Source: Gammaproteobacteria bacterium
Lineage (GTDB): Bacteria > Pseudomonadota > Gammaproteobacteria > Eutrophobiales > Eutrophobiaceae
Direction of reading: 5' to 3'
Length of the DNA: 64,000 nucleotides
Assembly (NCBI GenBank): GCA_965221695.1
Contig: OZ244905.1
Coordinates: 192,001 to 256,000 of the forward strand
Under the pieces are notes generated by a model. It was not told the DNA's origin. It saw nothing but the letters and a program-made list of their open reading frames with translations, and did no database searches. A program made the translations under genes and the position numbers. Positions 1 through 10,323 of this stretch are shown here, piece by piece; position 1 is the stretch's first letter, and the number at the start of each line of letters is the position of its first letter.

Positions 1-96
1 GACAAAGAGGCTGCAGCGGTAGACAAACAACAGGCAAAATGGCAATACGGTGAAGCCGGCGCCGAATACGAGACGGGTGAGCCGGAAACCCATTGA
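1..96 (+). CDS. dmpK: Phenol hydroxylase assembly subunit P0, C-terminal end (truncated by window)
   Basis: Frame 1 reads ...AAAVDKQQAKWQYGE...*, resembling the DmpK C-terminal KWRYG motif; lies directly upstream of dmpL. Confidence 0.65.
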   Translation, partial: DKEAAAVDKQQAKWQYGEAGAEYETGEPETH

Positions 97-109
97 GAAG
101 AACAGTCAG

Positions 110-1105
110 ATGTCAATCGATCTTAAAACGACAAAAATTGAGCAGAAAAGGATTACTTTCGACAATGTTGCGGCAAAAGTGGGTGAGGGGAAGGTACCCA
201 GCCGCTACCAGGAAGTGATGGTGAGGATGCAACATGAAGAGGTGTTTCACTATCGCCCCACCTGGGACCCTGAGCACGACATCTTCGATGCGGACCGCAC
301 CGCGATTAACATGCAGGATTTCGACGATCTGACGGACCCGCGCCAGTATTATTACGCCCCCTATGTTATCCAGCGCTCAAAACAGCAGGAAACCATGGAA
401 AAGAATTTTTCCATGGTTGAAAAAAGAGGATTGCTCACTGCGCTGGACGCAGGTCTTATCGAACAAATCCTGCGCATCGTCATACCGTTCCGGCATGCGG
501 AATGGGGCGCCAATACCAATAACCTGTTTATCGCTGCCTACGGCTTTGGCACGCCGATGCCCATTGCCGCGGATTTTCAGGGCATGGATCGGCTCGGGAA
601 CGCCCAGTACATCACGCGCATTGGTTTGATCTTGTCGGGCAACGACCCGGAGATACTGGACCAGGCCAAATCGGAATGGCTGGAGCAACCGCTGTGGCAG
701 CCGTTACGCAAGTTGATAGAAGACAGTTTTGTCCTCAAGGACTGGTTTGAACTGCACTTGTTGCAGAATTTCCTGGTGGACGGCGTTCTGCAACCGTTGT
801 TGTTCGAACACTTCGATGCTGAAGTCGTGAATAACGGCGGCGCCGCATTTGCGATGCTCACGGAATTTTTCGTGGAATGGTATGCGGAGTCGACCCGCTG
901 GACCGATCACACGATCAAAACGGCAGCCGGGGAATCCGCTGAAAACCGTGCGCTGCTTGCAGGCTGGAAAGACAAGTGGATGCCGGAAGTCAAAAACGCT
1001 GCGTTGCCGTTGGCGGAGTATATTTTCGCCGAACGCAGCGCCGAAGTAATGAACCAGATCATCGACCGGCTTGAACGCAGAGCCGGTAAGATTGGCTTGA
1101 GTTGA
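110..1105 (+). CDS. dmpL: Phenol hydroxylase beta subunit (P1)
   Basis: MSIDLKT start, FHYRPTWDP, DPRQYYY and DWFEL motifs; operon position. Confidence 0.93.
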   Translation: MSIDLKTTKIEQKRITFDNVAAKVGEGKVPSRYQEVMVRMQHEEVFHYRPTWDPEHDIFDADRTAINMQDFDDLTDPRQYYYAPYVIQRSKQQETMEKNFSMVEKRGLLTALDAGLIEQILRIVIPFRHAEWGANTNNLFIAAYGFGTPMPIAADFQGMDRLGNAQYITRIGLILSGNDPEILDQAKSEWLEQPLWQPLRKLIEDSFVLKDWFELHLLQNFLVDGVLQPLLFEHFDAEVVNNGGAAFAMLTEFFVEWYAESTRWTDHTIKTAAGESAENRALLAGWKDKWMPEVKNAALPLAEYIFAERSAEVMNQIIDRLERRAGKIGLS

Positions 1106-1114
1106 GATAAACAC

Positions 1115-1387
1115 ATGGCTGAAAACGTATTCATTGCATTACAGAACAGTCCGGAAGCGCAGCCTGTAATACAGGCAATTACTGAAGACAACCCGGCTGC
1201 GGTAGTGAATGAGACACCGGGAATGGTGAAAATAGATTGTCCCAAACGATTGGTGATCCGGCGTGAGACCGTTGAAGAAAAAATCGGCACGGAATTCAAC
1301 CTGCAGGACATCCACCTGACGTTGATATCCCTGTCCGGCAACATAGAAGAAGACGAAGACGAATTTGTATTATATTGGAATATTTAA
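1115..1387 (+). CDS. dmpM: Phenol hydroxylase regulatory/coupling protein (P2)
   Basis: 90 aa MmoB/DmpM family: VFIALQ, PGMVKID, LISLSGNI. Confidence 0.93.
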   Translation: MAENVFIALQNSPEAQPVIQAITEDNPAAVVNETPGMVKIDCPKRLVIRRETVEEKIGTEFNLQDIHLTLISLSGNIEEDEDEFVLYWNI

Positions 1388-1416
1388 TTCCGCTTGTTTA
1401 GCAAGAGGTAAACACT

Positions 1417-2943
1417 ATGGCAAACAAACCCAGACGGCTTAACCTGAACCAGAAATACCAGCTCATGACCCGCGGGCTGGACTGGGAGACCACCTACCAG
1501 TCGATGGACGATGTATTTCCCTATGACAAGTACGAAGGCATCAAGATCAAGGATTGGGACAAGTGGCAGGATCCGTTCCGTCTCACGATGGACGCGTACT
1601 GGAAATACCAGGCGGAAAAGGATCGGAAACTGTACGCGATCCTGGACGGCTTTGCCCAGAACAACAGCCAGTTGAATATCTCCGATGCGCGTTACATGAA
1701 TGCCGTCAAGATCTGGGTGCAGGGCGTCACGCCGCTGGAATATGCCGCTTTCAGGGGCTTTGCGATGCTTGGCAGGGGGTTTCGCGGCGCCGGCGCCCGC
1801 GTTGCCTGCCAGTTCCAGTCCATTGATGAGATGCGCCATTACCAGACGCAGATGCATGCGTTCAGCCATTACAACAAGTACTTCAACGGTTTCCGGCAGT
1901 ATGCGCGCATTCGCGACCGGGCCTGGTACCTGTCCATCCCCAAGAGTTATTTTGAAGACGCGGTCAGCGCCGGCCCGTTCGAGTTGATCACGGCCATATC
2001 GTTTTCCTTTGAATACGTGTTGACCAACCTGCTGTTCATGCCGTTTGTGTCCGGCGCCGCCTACAACGGCGATATGGCCACGACCACCTTCGGCTTCTCC
2101 GCGCAATCAGACGAATCGCGCCACATGACGTTGGGTCTTGAAGTCATCAAGTTTATGCTGGAGCAACATGAAGACAATGTGGTTATTATCCAGGAGTGGC
2201 TGGATAAGTGGTTCTGGCGCGGCTATCGCCTGCTTGGCCTGATCGGTACGATGATGGATTACATGCTGCCCAAGAAGGTGATGTCCTGGCGTCAGGCCTG
2301 GGAGATTTACTGGGAGGAGAACGGCCTGGCGTTGTTCAACGACCTGTCCCGCTACGGTTTGCGCCCGCCCAAGTATCACGAGGTGGCAACCAAGGAAAAA
2401 TACCGCATCTCCCATGAATTCTGGAGCACGATCTACCAGTTCTCCCATGCCACGGCCTTGTACACCTGGATCCCCACCGAGGAGGAACTGGACTGGCTGT
2501 CGGCGGAGTATGGCGAACTGTTCGATACCGTTTATCGCCCTCGTTATGAGTACTGGGCCGAACTGGAACGGAACGGTGAACGCTTTTTCCAGAAACGGCT
2601 GCCGGTTGTCTGCAACGTCTGCCAGATACCGATCTTCCACACCATGCCCGACGACCCGTTGATGAACTGTTGCCTGGTCTCTGAATACAAGGGTACCAAG
2701 CACCAGATGTGTTCCCAGGGCTGCAAGGATATTTTTGACAGGGAACCGGAGAAGTATTGTCAGGCCTACATCCCGCCGCAGCAGATCTACCAGGGGAACT
2801 GCGGGGGCGCTACGCTTGAAGCCTACAAGGAATGGCTCCATATCAAGGAAGAGGAAACCGGGGAGTATTATGGGTCGGAAGATCACCGCATGTGGGAAAG
2901 TTGGAAAGCCCAGGCGGCAAAAGCAGCCGAGTTGTCAGCCTGA
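1417..2943 (+). CDS. dmpN: Phenol hydroxylase diiron alpha subunit (P3)
   Basis: Two DExRH diiron motifs (DEMRH, DESRH), WQDPFRLTMDAYWKYQ, C-terminal YHS-like region. Confidence 0.95.
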   Translation: MANKPRRLNLNQKYQLMTRGLDWETTYQSMDDVFPYDKYEGIKIKDWDKWQDPFRLTMDAYWKYQAEKDRKLYAILDGFAQNNSQLNISDARYMNAVKIWVQGVTPLEYAAFRGFAMLGRGFRGAGARVACQFQSIDEMRHYQTQMHAFSHYNKYFNGFRQYARIRDRAWYLSIPKSYFEDAVSAGPFELITAISFSFEYVLTNLLFMPFVSGAAYNGDMATTTFGFSAQSDESRHMTLGLEVIKFMLEQHEDNVVIIQEWLDKWFWRGYRLLGLIGTMMDYMLPKKVMSWRQAWEIYWEENGLALFNDLSRYGLRPPKYHEVATKEKYRISHEFWSTIYQFSHATALYTWIPTEEELDWLSAEYGELFDTVYRPRYEYWAELERNGERFFQKRLPVVCNVCQIPIFHTMPDDPLMNCCLVSEYKGTKHQMCSQGCKDIFDREPEKYCQAYIPPQQIYQGNCGGATLEAYKEWLHIKEEETGEYYGSEDHRMWESWKAQAAKAAELSA

Positions 2944-2994
2944 TGGGGCAGGGATGGGACATGACTCGCGCCGGCGTCAGGTGAGGTTGCCCCG

Positions 2995-3357
2995 ATGCCG
3001 GTGAAGTTTGTTGGCGCTGCATACGATTTCCCATGCGCTAACCAGGTGGAGAACTATGGCGGCGATATGAATGTATACGTGGTCTGGGATCACCACCTGA
3101 TCTATTGCGCGCCCAACACCTACCGGCTGCCGCCAACCATGAAATTCAGGGATTTCCTGGAGCAGGTGTTTGCGCCCGATTATCCGCAACATCCCGATAC
3201 TGAGAAAGTTGACTGGGACCAGGGTGTCTGGCAACTGGAAAATGAACCCTGGCAGCCTGACCTGGATAAATCCTTTGCCGAAAACGGCGTTGCACACAAT
3301 TCATTCATCCGGGTGACCACGCCGGGCCTCGAGGGCATGCACGGAGTAGGGAACTGA
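2995..3357 (+). CDS. dmpO: Phenol hydroxylase gamma subunit (P4)
   Basis: WDHHL, WQPDLDKSFAENGVAH and TPGLEG motifs. Confidence 0.9.
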   Translation: MPVKFVGAAYDFPCANQVENYGGDMNVYVVWDHHLIYCAPNTYRLPPTMKFRDFLEQVFAPDYPQHPDTEKVDWDQGVWQLENEPWQPDLDKSFAENGVAHNSFIRVTTPGLEGMHGVGN

Positions 3358-3382
3358 ACAGGCCCGGTATAGGGGCAGGCAC

Positions 3383-4447
3383 GTGTCTTTTCAGGCAATC
3401 ATAGAACCACTGGGCGAGACGATAGAGGTCGAGGACGGCCAGAAGCTGCTCGATGCGGCATTGCGCGCCGGGGTATGGTTGCCGTATGCCTGTAACCACG
3501 GCGTCTGCGGCACCTGCAAGGTGGACGTGCTGGAAGGCGAGGTCGAGCATAACGAGGCGTCGTCGTTTGCCCTGATGGATATCGAGCGGGACGAAGGCAA
3601 GACCCTGGCCTGTTGCGCGACCCTGTCATCCGATATTGTGATAGAGGCTGATATCGAAGAGGAAGACGACGCGCGCTACCTGCCGGTGGAGGATTTTACC
3701 GGCACAGTGGTGCGGATGGAGGACCTGACCCCGACGATTAAAGGCATCTGGCTGGAAGTGCCGGGCGCCGGCATCGAATTCCAGGCCGGCCAGTACCTGA
3801 ATCTCAATATTCCCGGCGTTGATATCCCCCGGGCATTTTCTTTGGCAAACCCGCCCTCAGAGCGGAACATCATCGAACTGAATGTGCGTCATGTCCCCGA
3901 CGGCCAGGCGACCACGTACCTGCATGAGCAACTCAAAACGGGCGACACACTCAGTTTCACCGCACCGTTGGGCCGGTTTTTTGTGCGCAAATCCGCGCCG
4001 GAACCGATGCTCTTCCTGGCCGGCGGCTCCGGGCTGTCCAGCCCCAAATCCATGATCCTGGACCTGCTGGAGAGCGGAGATGAACGCGCGATCACGTTGA
4101 TTTACGGCGCCCGCAACCGCGCGGAACTGTATTATTCCGACCTGTTCTGCGAACTTGCCGAAAAACACGATAATTTTCATTACCTGGCCGCATTGTCTGA
4201 AGCATTGGATACGGATGACTGGGACGGCGCCCGCGGTTTCGTGCATGAACTGGCCGAGCAACATTTTGAACAGCGTTTTGAAGGTCATAAAGCCTACCTG
4301 TGCGGCCCGCCGCCGATGGTGGACAGTTGTATCACCAGCCTGATGCGCGGCCGCCTGTTTGAAGAACACATCTTCATGGAAAACTTTTTTACCGCCGCGG
4401 ACAGTGAAAAACCGGCCCGCCGCAGCGCGTTGTTCAAGAAATTCTAG
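3383..4447 (+). CDS. dmpP: Phenol hydroxylase reductase (2Fe-2S/FAD/NADH; P5)
   Basis: CNHGVCGTC ferredoxin motif, RAFSLAN, GGSGLS, YLCGPP. Confidence 0.93.
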   Translation: MSFQAIIEPLGETIEVEDGQKLLDAALRAGVWLPYACNHGVCGTCKVDVLEGEVEHNEASSFALMDIERDEGKTLACCATLSSDIVIEADIEEEDDARYLPVEDFTGTVVRMEDLTPTIKGIWLEVPGAGIEFQAGQYLNLNIPGVDIPRAFSLANPPSERNIIELNVRHVPDGQATTYLHEQLKTGDTLSFTAPLGRFFVRKSAPEPMLFLAGGSGLSSPKSMILDLLESGDERAITLIYGARNRAELYYSDLFCELAEKHDNFHYLAALSEALDTDDWDGARGFVHELAEQHFEQRFEGHKAYLCGPPPMVDSCITSLMRGRLFEEHIFMENFFTAADSEKPARRSALFKKF

Positions 4448-4528
4448 GCATGCTTTTATCTGACAGCGCTTGCCTTTTCCGCAACAGCCGGAATCCTTCG
4501 GACGTACCTAATAGGGAAGGTTTGCTCA

Positions 4529-4600
4529 CTGGATTCCCGTTTTCACGGGAATGGGAGTTGGCTGCCTACGCTGACCATTCCCGCGAAAGCGGGAATCCAG
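4529..4600. repeat. REP-like inverted pair (CTGGATTCCCG..CGGGAATG / ATTCCCGCGAAAGCGGGAATCCAG)
   Basis: Two palindromic units in inverted orientation between dmpP and the ferredoxin gene; same family as 42525-42620, 59459-59618 and 60676-60833. Confidence 0.7.
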
Positions 4601-4691
4601 TAGGCAATAAAACTCCTTATAAACGGGAGTTGAAGACCGGATTCCAGTTTCCGTTTACTCCACAGGGATCAGCTCGTTCCGTAGCGTTATA

Positions 4692-5039
4692 ATGATGCAC
4701 GCAGAAAAATTTACTATTATCATTGAAGATAGCGGTGAAGAATTCACCTGCGCGCCGGAACGCAATGTGCTCAAGTCCATGGAGCAGTTGGGCAGGAAGG
4801 GCATCCCGGTGGGTTGCCGGGGCGGTGGTTGCGGAGTATGCCGAGTGCAGGTCGTTTGCGACGGTCGCTACCGTACCGGCAAAATGAGCCGCGAACAGGT
4901 GCCCGTTGAGGATGAAGAACAACGCATTTGCCTCGCGTGCAAGCTGTTCCCCGAGGATAATCTTCGCTTGAAGGTTCTCGGCAAATGGCAGAAATACTTT
5001 TTGTCCGGTACACAATTTCTGTCAGAGAATACAAATTAA
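4692..5039 (+). CDS. dmpQ: XylT/DmpQ-type 2Fe-2S ferredoxin (reactivates catechol 2,3-dioxygenase)
   Basis: GIPVGCRGGGCGVC, GKMSR and LAC motifs; directly upstream of the dioxygenase. Confidence 0.88.
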   Translation: MMHAEKFTIIIEDSGEEFTCAPERNVLKSMEQLGRKGIPVGCRGGGCGVCRVQVVCDGRYRTGKMSREQVPVEDEEQRICLACKLFPEDNLRLKVLGKWQKYFLSGTQFLSENTN

Positions 5040-5143
5040 GCCCAAATTTTTTCGGCACAGAGTAAAATTCATCTACTATATGAACCATGAATAATTTGCT
5101 GTTCTGCCCTGGTACCAGGCAATAACTCGAGGAGGAAAAGACA

Positions 5144-6067
5144 ATGTCATTTACTGGTGTGATGCGACCCGGCCATGCGGCAATCCGGGTATTGGATATG
5201 GATGAATCGGTAACGTACTACACGGAACGGTTGGGTTTGATAAAGACCGATGAGGATGATCAGGGCAGGGTGTATCTCAAGGCCTGGGACGAACTGGACA
5301 GTTTTTCCATCGTGCTCAGGGAGGCCGATGCGCCGGGCATTGATTATACCGGCTACAAGACCTACTCACGCGCGGATATGGATGAACTGGTGGGCAAGCT
5401 CAAAGATTACGGCCTGGATATCGAGTGGCTCCCGGAAGGCGAGTTGAACAATTGCGGCGAACGGGCCCGTTTCCAGACACCAACCGGTCATTACTTTGAA
5501 TTGTATGCGGATAAAAAACAGATCGGCGATGGGCTGGGTCGGCTCAACCCCAATCCCTGGCCGGAAGGATTGAAAGGCATGCAGGTCTACCGGTTTGACC
5601 ATGTGTTGCTGTACGGCCCCAAGGTTATCGAAACCACGAAAATTTTTACCGATGTGCTGGGTTTTGATCTGACCGAACGGGTGCTGACGCCGGAAGGTGA
5701 AATGAATGTCACCTTCGTTTCCTGTTCCAACAAGGCCCATGACCTGGCCTTCGTGGAATATCCCGAACCGAACAAGCTGCACCATGTCTCGTTCATGCTG
5801 ATGACCTGGGAGGAGGTACTGCGCGCCGCTGATATCATGAGCATGCACGACATCTCCATTGACATCGGCCCCACCCGTCACGGCATTACCCGTGGCCGCA
5901 CCATTTACTTCTTCGACCCGTCGGGGAATCGTAACGAGGTATTCTGCGGCGATTACACCTGGTATCCTGATCGGGAGCCGATCACCTGGACTGCGGAAGA
6001 ATTGGGCAGGGCTATCTTCTACCACGACAGGAGATTGAACGAAAACTTCCTGTCGGTGGTGACCTGA
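5144..6067 (+). CDS. xylE: Catechol 2,3-dioxygenase
   Basis: [34 protein letters not shown] and [11 protein letters not shown] motifs; 307 aa. Confidence 0.95.
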   Translation: MSFTGVMRPGHAAIRVLDMDESVTYYTERLGLIKTDEDDQGRVYLKAWDELDSFSIVLREADAPGIDYTGYKTYSRADMDELVGKLKDYGLDIEWLPEGELNNCGERARFQTPTGHYFELYADKKQIGDGLGRLNPNPWPEGLKGMQVYRFDHVLLYGPKVIETTKIFTDVLGFDLTERVLTPEGEMNVTFVSCSNKAHDLAFVEYPEPNKLHHVSFMLMTWEEVLRAADIMSMHDISIDIGPTRHGITRGRTIYFFDPSGNRNEVFCGDYTWYPDREPITWTAEELGRAIFYHDRRLNENFLSVVT

Positions 6068-6080
6068 GGCTAAACTGGCC

Positions 6081-6506
6081 TTGATTGGAACACATCTCAA
6101 GGCCAGCGATTTAACGATCCCGGATGCTGAAATCGAGATTTCAGCGGTCCGCGCGCGCGGCGCCGGAGGGCAGAACGTCAATAAGGTCGCGACCGCGATC
6201 CACCTGCGTTTTGATATCCGCGCCTCGTCTCTGGCGGAACTGTATAAGCAGCGTCTGCTGAAACTCAGGGACCGCCGTATCAGCAAGGACGGCGTGGTCA
6301 TCATCAAGGCCGGTAAATTCCGCACCCAGGAGAAAAACCGGAACGATGCTTTGCAGCGCCTACAGGCGTTAATCAGAAGCGTTACCCTGACCAGGAAGAT
6401 CAGGCGACCGACTGTTCCCACTCAATACGCACAGCAAAAAAGACTGGACCGTAAGACCCGGCGCGGACAGATCAAATCCCTGCGCGGCAGGGTGACAGAG
6501 GAATGA
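6081..6506 (+). CDS. arfB: Alternative ribosome-rescue peptidyl-tRNA hydrolase ArfB
   Basis: GAGGQNVNKV (GGQ) motif, RTQEKNR, basic C-terminal tail. Confidence 0.92.
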   Translation: MIGTHLKASDLTIPDAEIEISAVRARGAGGQNVNKVATAIHLRFDIRASSLAELYKQRLLKLRDRRISKDGVVIIKAGKFRTQEKNRNDALQRLQALIRSVTLTRKIRRPTVPTQYAQQKRLDRKTRRGQIKSLRGRVTEE

Positions 6507-6558
6507 GTTCTTTAGCTGTTGCAGTATTAAGAATTAAGAACTATACTTGATCAATATA

Positions 6559-6567
6559 TTGTACAAG
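6559..6567. promoter_or_regulatory. Putative YefM operator palindrome (TTGTACAA)
   Basis: TGTACA-core palindrome just upstream of yefM, as in known yefM-yoeB operators. Confidence 0.45.
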
Positions 6568-6581
6568 TATGGCGCGATTCA

Positions 6582-6836
6582 ATGCGTGTAATCAATTTTT
6601 CTGAAGCAAGAAACCAGTTGAAACAAGTCCTCGATCGAGTTGTTGAAGATTCCGACTGCACAATCATCACGCGTCGGGATGCAGAAGACGCCGTGGTCAT
6701 GTCGCTAGATCATTTCAATGGATTGATGGAAACAGTTTATCTATTAAATAGTCCGGCAAATTCAGAGCGCTTGGCTGAATCAATCAAGCAATATCGCAAA
6801 GGGCGAACGAGGGAACATGGATTGATTAATGATTGA
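6582..6836 (+). CDS. yefM: YefM/Phd antitoxin
   Basis: FSEARNQL, ETVYLLNSPAN motifs; overlaps the toxin start. Confidence 0.92.
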   Translation: MRVINFSEARNQLKQVLDRVVEDSDCTIITRRDAEDAVVMSLDHFNGLMETVYLLNSPANSERLAESIKQYRKGRTREHGLIND

Positions 6837-7089
6837 AACGCTGGCATGGACGAAAGAAGCGTGGAATGACTACCTTTACTGGCAGAACCAGGACAGGAAG
6901 ACCCTGAAACGCATCAACAAGCTCATTATGGATACACAAAGATCGCCATTTTCCGGTATCGGCAAACCAGAACCGTTAAGAGGGAATTTGACCGGATTCT
7001 GGTCCAGACGAATTGATGAAGTTAACAGGCTGGTTTACGCTGTTGACACCGATAGACTGACAATCATTTCGTGCAGGTATCATTACTAA
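6829..7089 (+). CDS. yoeB: YoeB/Txe ribosome-dependent mRNase toxin
   Basis: GIGKPEPL, WSRRI and C-terminal CRYHY. Confidence 0.93.
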   Translation: MIETLAWTKEAWNDYLYWQNQDRKTLKRINKLIMDTQRSPFSGIGKPEPLRGNLTGFWSRRIDEVNRLVYAVDTDRLTIISCRYHY

Positions 7090-7118
7090 GGAACCTCTGA
7101 GATTAAGTCAGAGTGCGT
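7090..7118. mobile_element. Degenerate short copy of the TTAA-MITE
   Basis: GGAACCTCTGA..TTAAGTCAGAG between convergent yoeB and hemL; matches the left end of 61880-62030. Confidence 0.55.
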
Positions 7119-7119
7119 A

Positions 7120-8397
7120 CTAGATCAAGTCCTTGAATACGGTCGCGGCGGCTTCGATGGTTCTGTCTATCTCTTTATTGCCGTGGGCGCCGGAGATAAA
7201 GCCGGCCTCGTAACTTGAGGGCGCCAGGTAGACCCCTTGTTCCAGCATGCCGTGAAAAAAACGGTTGAAGGTCTCCTGGTCGCAAGCGGTCGCCTGTTCG
7301 TATGAGGTGATGGGGGAAGCGTCGGTAAAAAACAGTCCGAACATGCCGATCGCGTAGGTTGTGGTCATGGGCACGCCGTTTGCGTCAGCCGCTTGCTTCA
7401 ATCCTTTGAGCAGCTTGTTCAGGTTTGCTGACAGACCGGCAAAAAACCCGGGTTCCGATATCAGTTCCAGGGTTGTCAGGCCGGCAGCCATCGCGACGGG
7501 ATTGCCGGACAGGGTCCCCGCCTGGTAGACGGCGCCGTCCGGCGCCAGGCAATTCATGATCGCCTTGCGGCCGCCGAACGCGCCAACCGGCATACCGCCG
7601 CCGATTACCTTGCCGAGCAAGGTCAGGTCGGGCTTGATACCGTATAAGGATTGAGCGCCGCCCAACGCTAGACGAAAACCGGTCATCACTTCATCAAAGA
7701 TCAGGACGCTCCCATACCGGTCACAGAGCGCGCGCAAGGTATCCAGGAAGCGTTGTGAACCGGGGATGCAGTTCATGTTGCCGGCAACCGGCTCTACGAT
7801 CACTGCGGCAACCTCCTCGCCGATGTCGGTAAATACACTCATGACCTGGTCGTGGTCGTTATAGGGCAATGTAAGGGTGTGCCTTGCCAGGTCCGCGGGT
7901 ACGCCCGGCGAGGTGGGGATGCCCAGGGTCAAAGCGCCGGAACCGGCCTTGACCAGCAATGAATCGGCATGCCCGTGGTAGCAACCTTCGAACTTGATGA
8001 TTTTATCCCTGCCGGTAACGCCGCGCGCCAGCCTGATGGCGCTCATCGCCGCTTCCGTGCCTGAGTTGACCATGCGTATCCTTTCCAGCGCGGGCATAAG
8101 TGAGCAGATTTTTTTTGCCAGCGCGGTTTCTATCCGGGTTGGCGCTCCGAAACTCAAACCATCCGCTAACGCCTCCCGTACCCGCTCCAGGACAAGCGGA
8201 TGCGCGTGTCCGAGGATCATCGGTCCCCAGGAACCGACGTAATCGATATAGGCGCGCCCGTCGGTGTCATACAGGTAGGCGCCGCTGCCGCGCTCGAAAA
8301 ATATCGGGTCACCGCCCACGGCCTTGAACGCGCGCACCGGCGAATTTACGCCGCCGGCGATATATTCTTTTGCTTGTTCAAAATGGCTACGCTTCAT
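7120..8397 (-). CDS. hemL: Glutamate-1-semialdehyde 2,1-aminomutase
   Basis: [45 protein letters not shown]. Confidence 0.97.
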   Translation of the reverse strand: MKRSHFEQAKEYIAGGVNSPVRAFKAVGGDPIFFERGSGAYLYDTDGRAYIDYVGSWGPMILGHAHPLVLERVREALADGLSFGAPTRIETALAKKICSLMPALERIRMVNSGTEAAMSAIRLARGVTGRDKIIKFEGCYHGHADSLLVKAGSGALTLGIPTSPGVPADLARHTLTLPYNDHDQVMSVFTDIGEEVAAVIVEPVAGNMNCIPGSQRFLDTLRALCDRYGSVLIFDEVMTGFRLALGGAQSLYGIKPDLTLLGKVIGGGMPVGAFGGRKAIMNCLAPDGAVYQAGTLSGNPVAMAAGLTTLELISEPGFFAGLSANLNKLLKGLKQAADANGVPMTTTYAIGMFGLFFTDASPITSYEQATACDQETFNRFFHGMLEQGVYLAPSSYEAGFISGAHGNKEIDRTIEAAATVFKDLI

Positions 8398-8474
8398 TAT
8401 CTGCTTTTTACCACAATGTGCGTGGATGGCGCTGGTTTTTTTTCAGAAACCCTGAAACAAGCGAGCGCATTGTG

Positions 8475-9107
8475 CTATGCCTCACTTGATCCTGTTATCG
8501 CAAAATGCCGGTTGAATTCCTGCACGACTGAATGAGGATCTTCAGACTGGTAGACACTGCTGATCACCGCGAGCATATCGGCGCCATATTCGATTAGTGT
8601 TCCGCAGTTTGTCGGGGTTATTCCTCCAATTGCGGCAATCGGCAGAGACAGTTGAGCTTTTGCCTGGCTTATGATTTCAAGCTCGGCGGAAACAGCATGT
8701 TGCTTGGAGAGGCTTGGAAAGAATGCGCCGAACGCAACATAATTCGCGCCGTGTTCCTGGGCAGACACCGCGCGCTGCAAGCTGTTGTAACAGGAAATGC
8801 CGACAATGGCGCGTGGTCCCAGTTCTTTTCTTGCCGTTTTGCAATCAATATCATCCTTGCCCAGGTGCACGCCATCACATTTTACCGAGATGGCCAGTTC
8901 CAGGTCGTCGTTGATGATCAGCGGGCAACCGTATTGACGGCATAGTTGCCGTAACCGGGTCGCTTCGTATGCTCTTTTGGCGCGGTCACCGGACTTGTCC
9001 CGGTATTGCAGCGCCGCGACGCCGGCCCTCAGTACCTGTTCCGTTACGCTCAGAAGACGGTCCGTGGACAGCCTGGCGCAGTCCGTAATAACGTACAGTC
9101 CTTTCAC
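8475..9107 (-). CDS. thiE: Thiamine-phosphate synthase
   Basis: GLYVITD, QYRDK, IINDD, GVHLGKDD, AIGGI; probable GTG start overlapping the thiD stop. Confidence 0.93.
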   Translation of the reverse strand: MKGLYVITDCARLSTDRLLSVTEQVLRAGVAALQYRDKSGDRAKRAYEATRLRQLCRQYGCPLIINDDLELAISVKCDGVHLGKDDIDCKTARKELGPRAIVGISCYNSLQRAVSAQEHGANYVAFGAFFPSLSKQHAVSAELEIISQAKAQLSLPIAAIGGITPTNCGTLIEYGADMLAVISSVYQSEDPHSVVQEFNRHFAITGSSEA

Positions 9108-9874
9108 TTGAGCAAGCGTTCGGGATGCAACTGCGATTGGCCTATGCGGCATGCTTGTTTCAATGTCTTCCAGGTGTATTCCTGGGCATTTTCCACTGCA
9201 ATGCGCGCCGTCTCGCCCCGGGCCAGCGCGCCTGCTATTGCGGCTGACAGGGTGCAGCCTGAGCCGTGATATGTATCGGGCAGTTTGTGCTGGCGGTAGT
9301 GGTATATTGAGCGGGTATTGTTCATCCAGACATTGATGAGCTGGTTACCTGTTTGGCCGGCGCTGGTGATTAAAGCCGTCTCACAGCCGAGATCCAATAG
9401 TCTGTGCAGCGCGTCCTCCGTGTCATTGCAACCGGTCAGCGCCAACGCTTCCTCCCGGTTGGGCGTGATCACGCTCGCGTGGGGAAACAGGCATTCGGTC
9501 ATCGCCTGAATTAGCTCAGGTGAAGATAAATTGGCGCCGGCGCCGGCGCTCAGCACCGGATCCAGCACGACGGGAACCTTTGCTGAGGCCAGGTAATCGC
9601 CAATAATCCCGATCAGTTCAACGCTGCCGATGAGACCGATTTTACACGCGTCAATGGTAATGTCTCCGGCCAACAGGTCCAGTTGTTCCATGAAGTTTGC
9701 CGGTGATTGTGGTGTCATGGTACTGAATTCAGCCGTGTTTTGTGCGGTCAGCGCAGTAATGACCGAAACGCAGTGGCAGCCGGCATGTGCCAGCGCTTCG
9801 ATATCGGCCTGTACCCCGGCTGCGCCGGACGGATCATGGCCGGAAAACGCCAACACTACAGGCTTTGTGCGCAT
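9104..9874 (-). CDS. thiD: Hydroxymethylpyrimidine/phosphomethylpyrimidine kinase
   Basis: DPSGAAGVQAD, LTAQNT, VLDPV, TPN and HGSGCTLS motifs. Confidence 0.9.
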   Translation of the reverse strand: MRTKPVVLAFSGHDPSGAAGVQADIEALAHAGCHCVSVITALTAQNTAEFSTMTPQSPANFMEQLDLLAGDITIDACKIGLIGSVELIGIIGDYLASAKVPVVLDPVLSAGAGANLSSPELIQAMTECLFPHASVITPNREEALALTGCNDTEDALHRLLDLGCETALITSAGQTGNQLINVWMNNTRSIYHYRQHKLPDTYHGSGCTLSAAIAGALARGETARIAVENAQEYTWKTLKQACRIGQSQLHPERLLK

Positions 9875-9877
9875 GAG

Positions 9878-10303
9878 CTAGAGGGGTTTGTATACGGCCA
9901 GCAGGATGATCGCAATGAGGAAGATTACCGGAATTTCATTGTACCAACGGTACCAGACATGTGAATGGCGGTTGCGATCATGTTTGTAATCCCGCAGCAA
10001 CTTGCCGCAGTGAACGTGATAGCCGAGCAGCAGCAGCAGCAGCGCCAGTTTTACCTGGAACCAGGTTTGGCCCGCATAGTTGGCCCAGCCATTGTGTACG
10101 CTTAACCAGATGCCGAATACCAGGGTCAGAATGGCGCCGGGGGTCATGATGCCGAAATAGAGTTTCCGTTCCATGACCTTGAACCGATCGATACTGATCT
10201 CGTCTGTGCTCATCGCGTGATATACGAACAGCCTGGGAAGGTAAAACAACCCGGCAAACCAGGTTACCATGAAGATCAGGTGGAGCGATTTCAGCAACAG
10301 CAT
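9878..10303 (-). CDS. hemJ: Protoporphyrinogen IX oxidase HemJ (CopD-like family)
   Basis: LHLIFMVTWFAGLFYLPRLFVYH, MERKLY, YRWYNEIP. Confidence 0.9.
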   Translation of the reverse strand: MLLLKSLHLIFMVTWFAGLFYLPRLFVYHAMSTDEISIDRFKVMERKLYFGIMTPGAILTLVFGIWLSVHNGWANYAGQTWFQVKLALLLLLLGYHVHCGKLLRDYKHDRNRHSHVWYRWYNEIPVIFLIAIILLAVYKPL

Positions 10304-10323
10304 GATGGCAGGTGTGGAGGCGC

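Noticed and set aside
5366-6421. 351-aa antisense ORF (likewise 2107-2886, 11602-12474, 30027-30959 and the same-strand alternative frame 58463-59371)
   Set aside because: Shadow frames of GC-rich genes with clear family motifs in another frame; no motifs of their own
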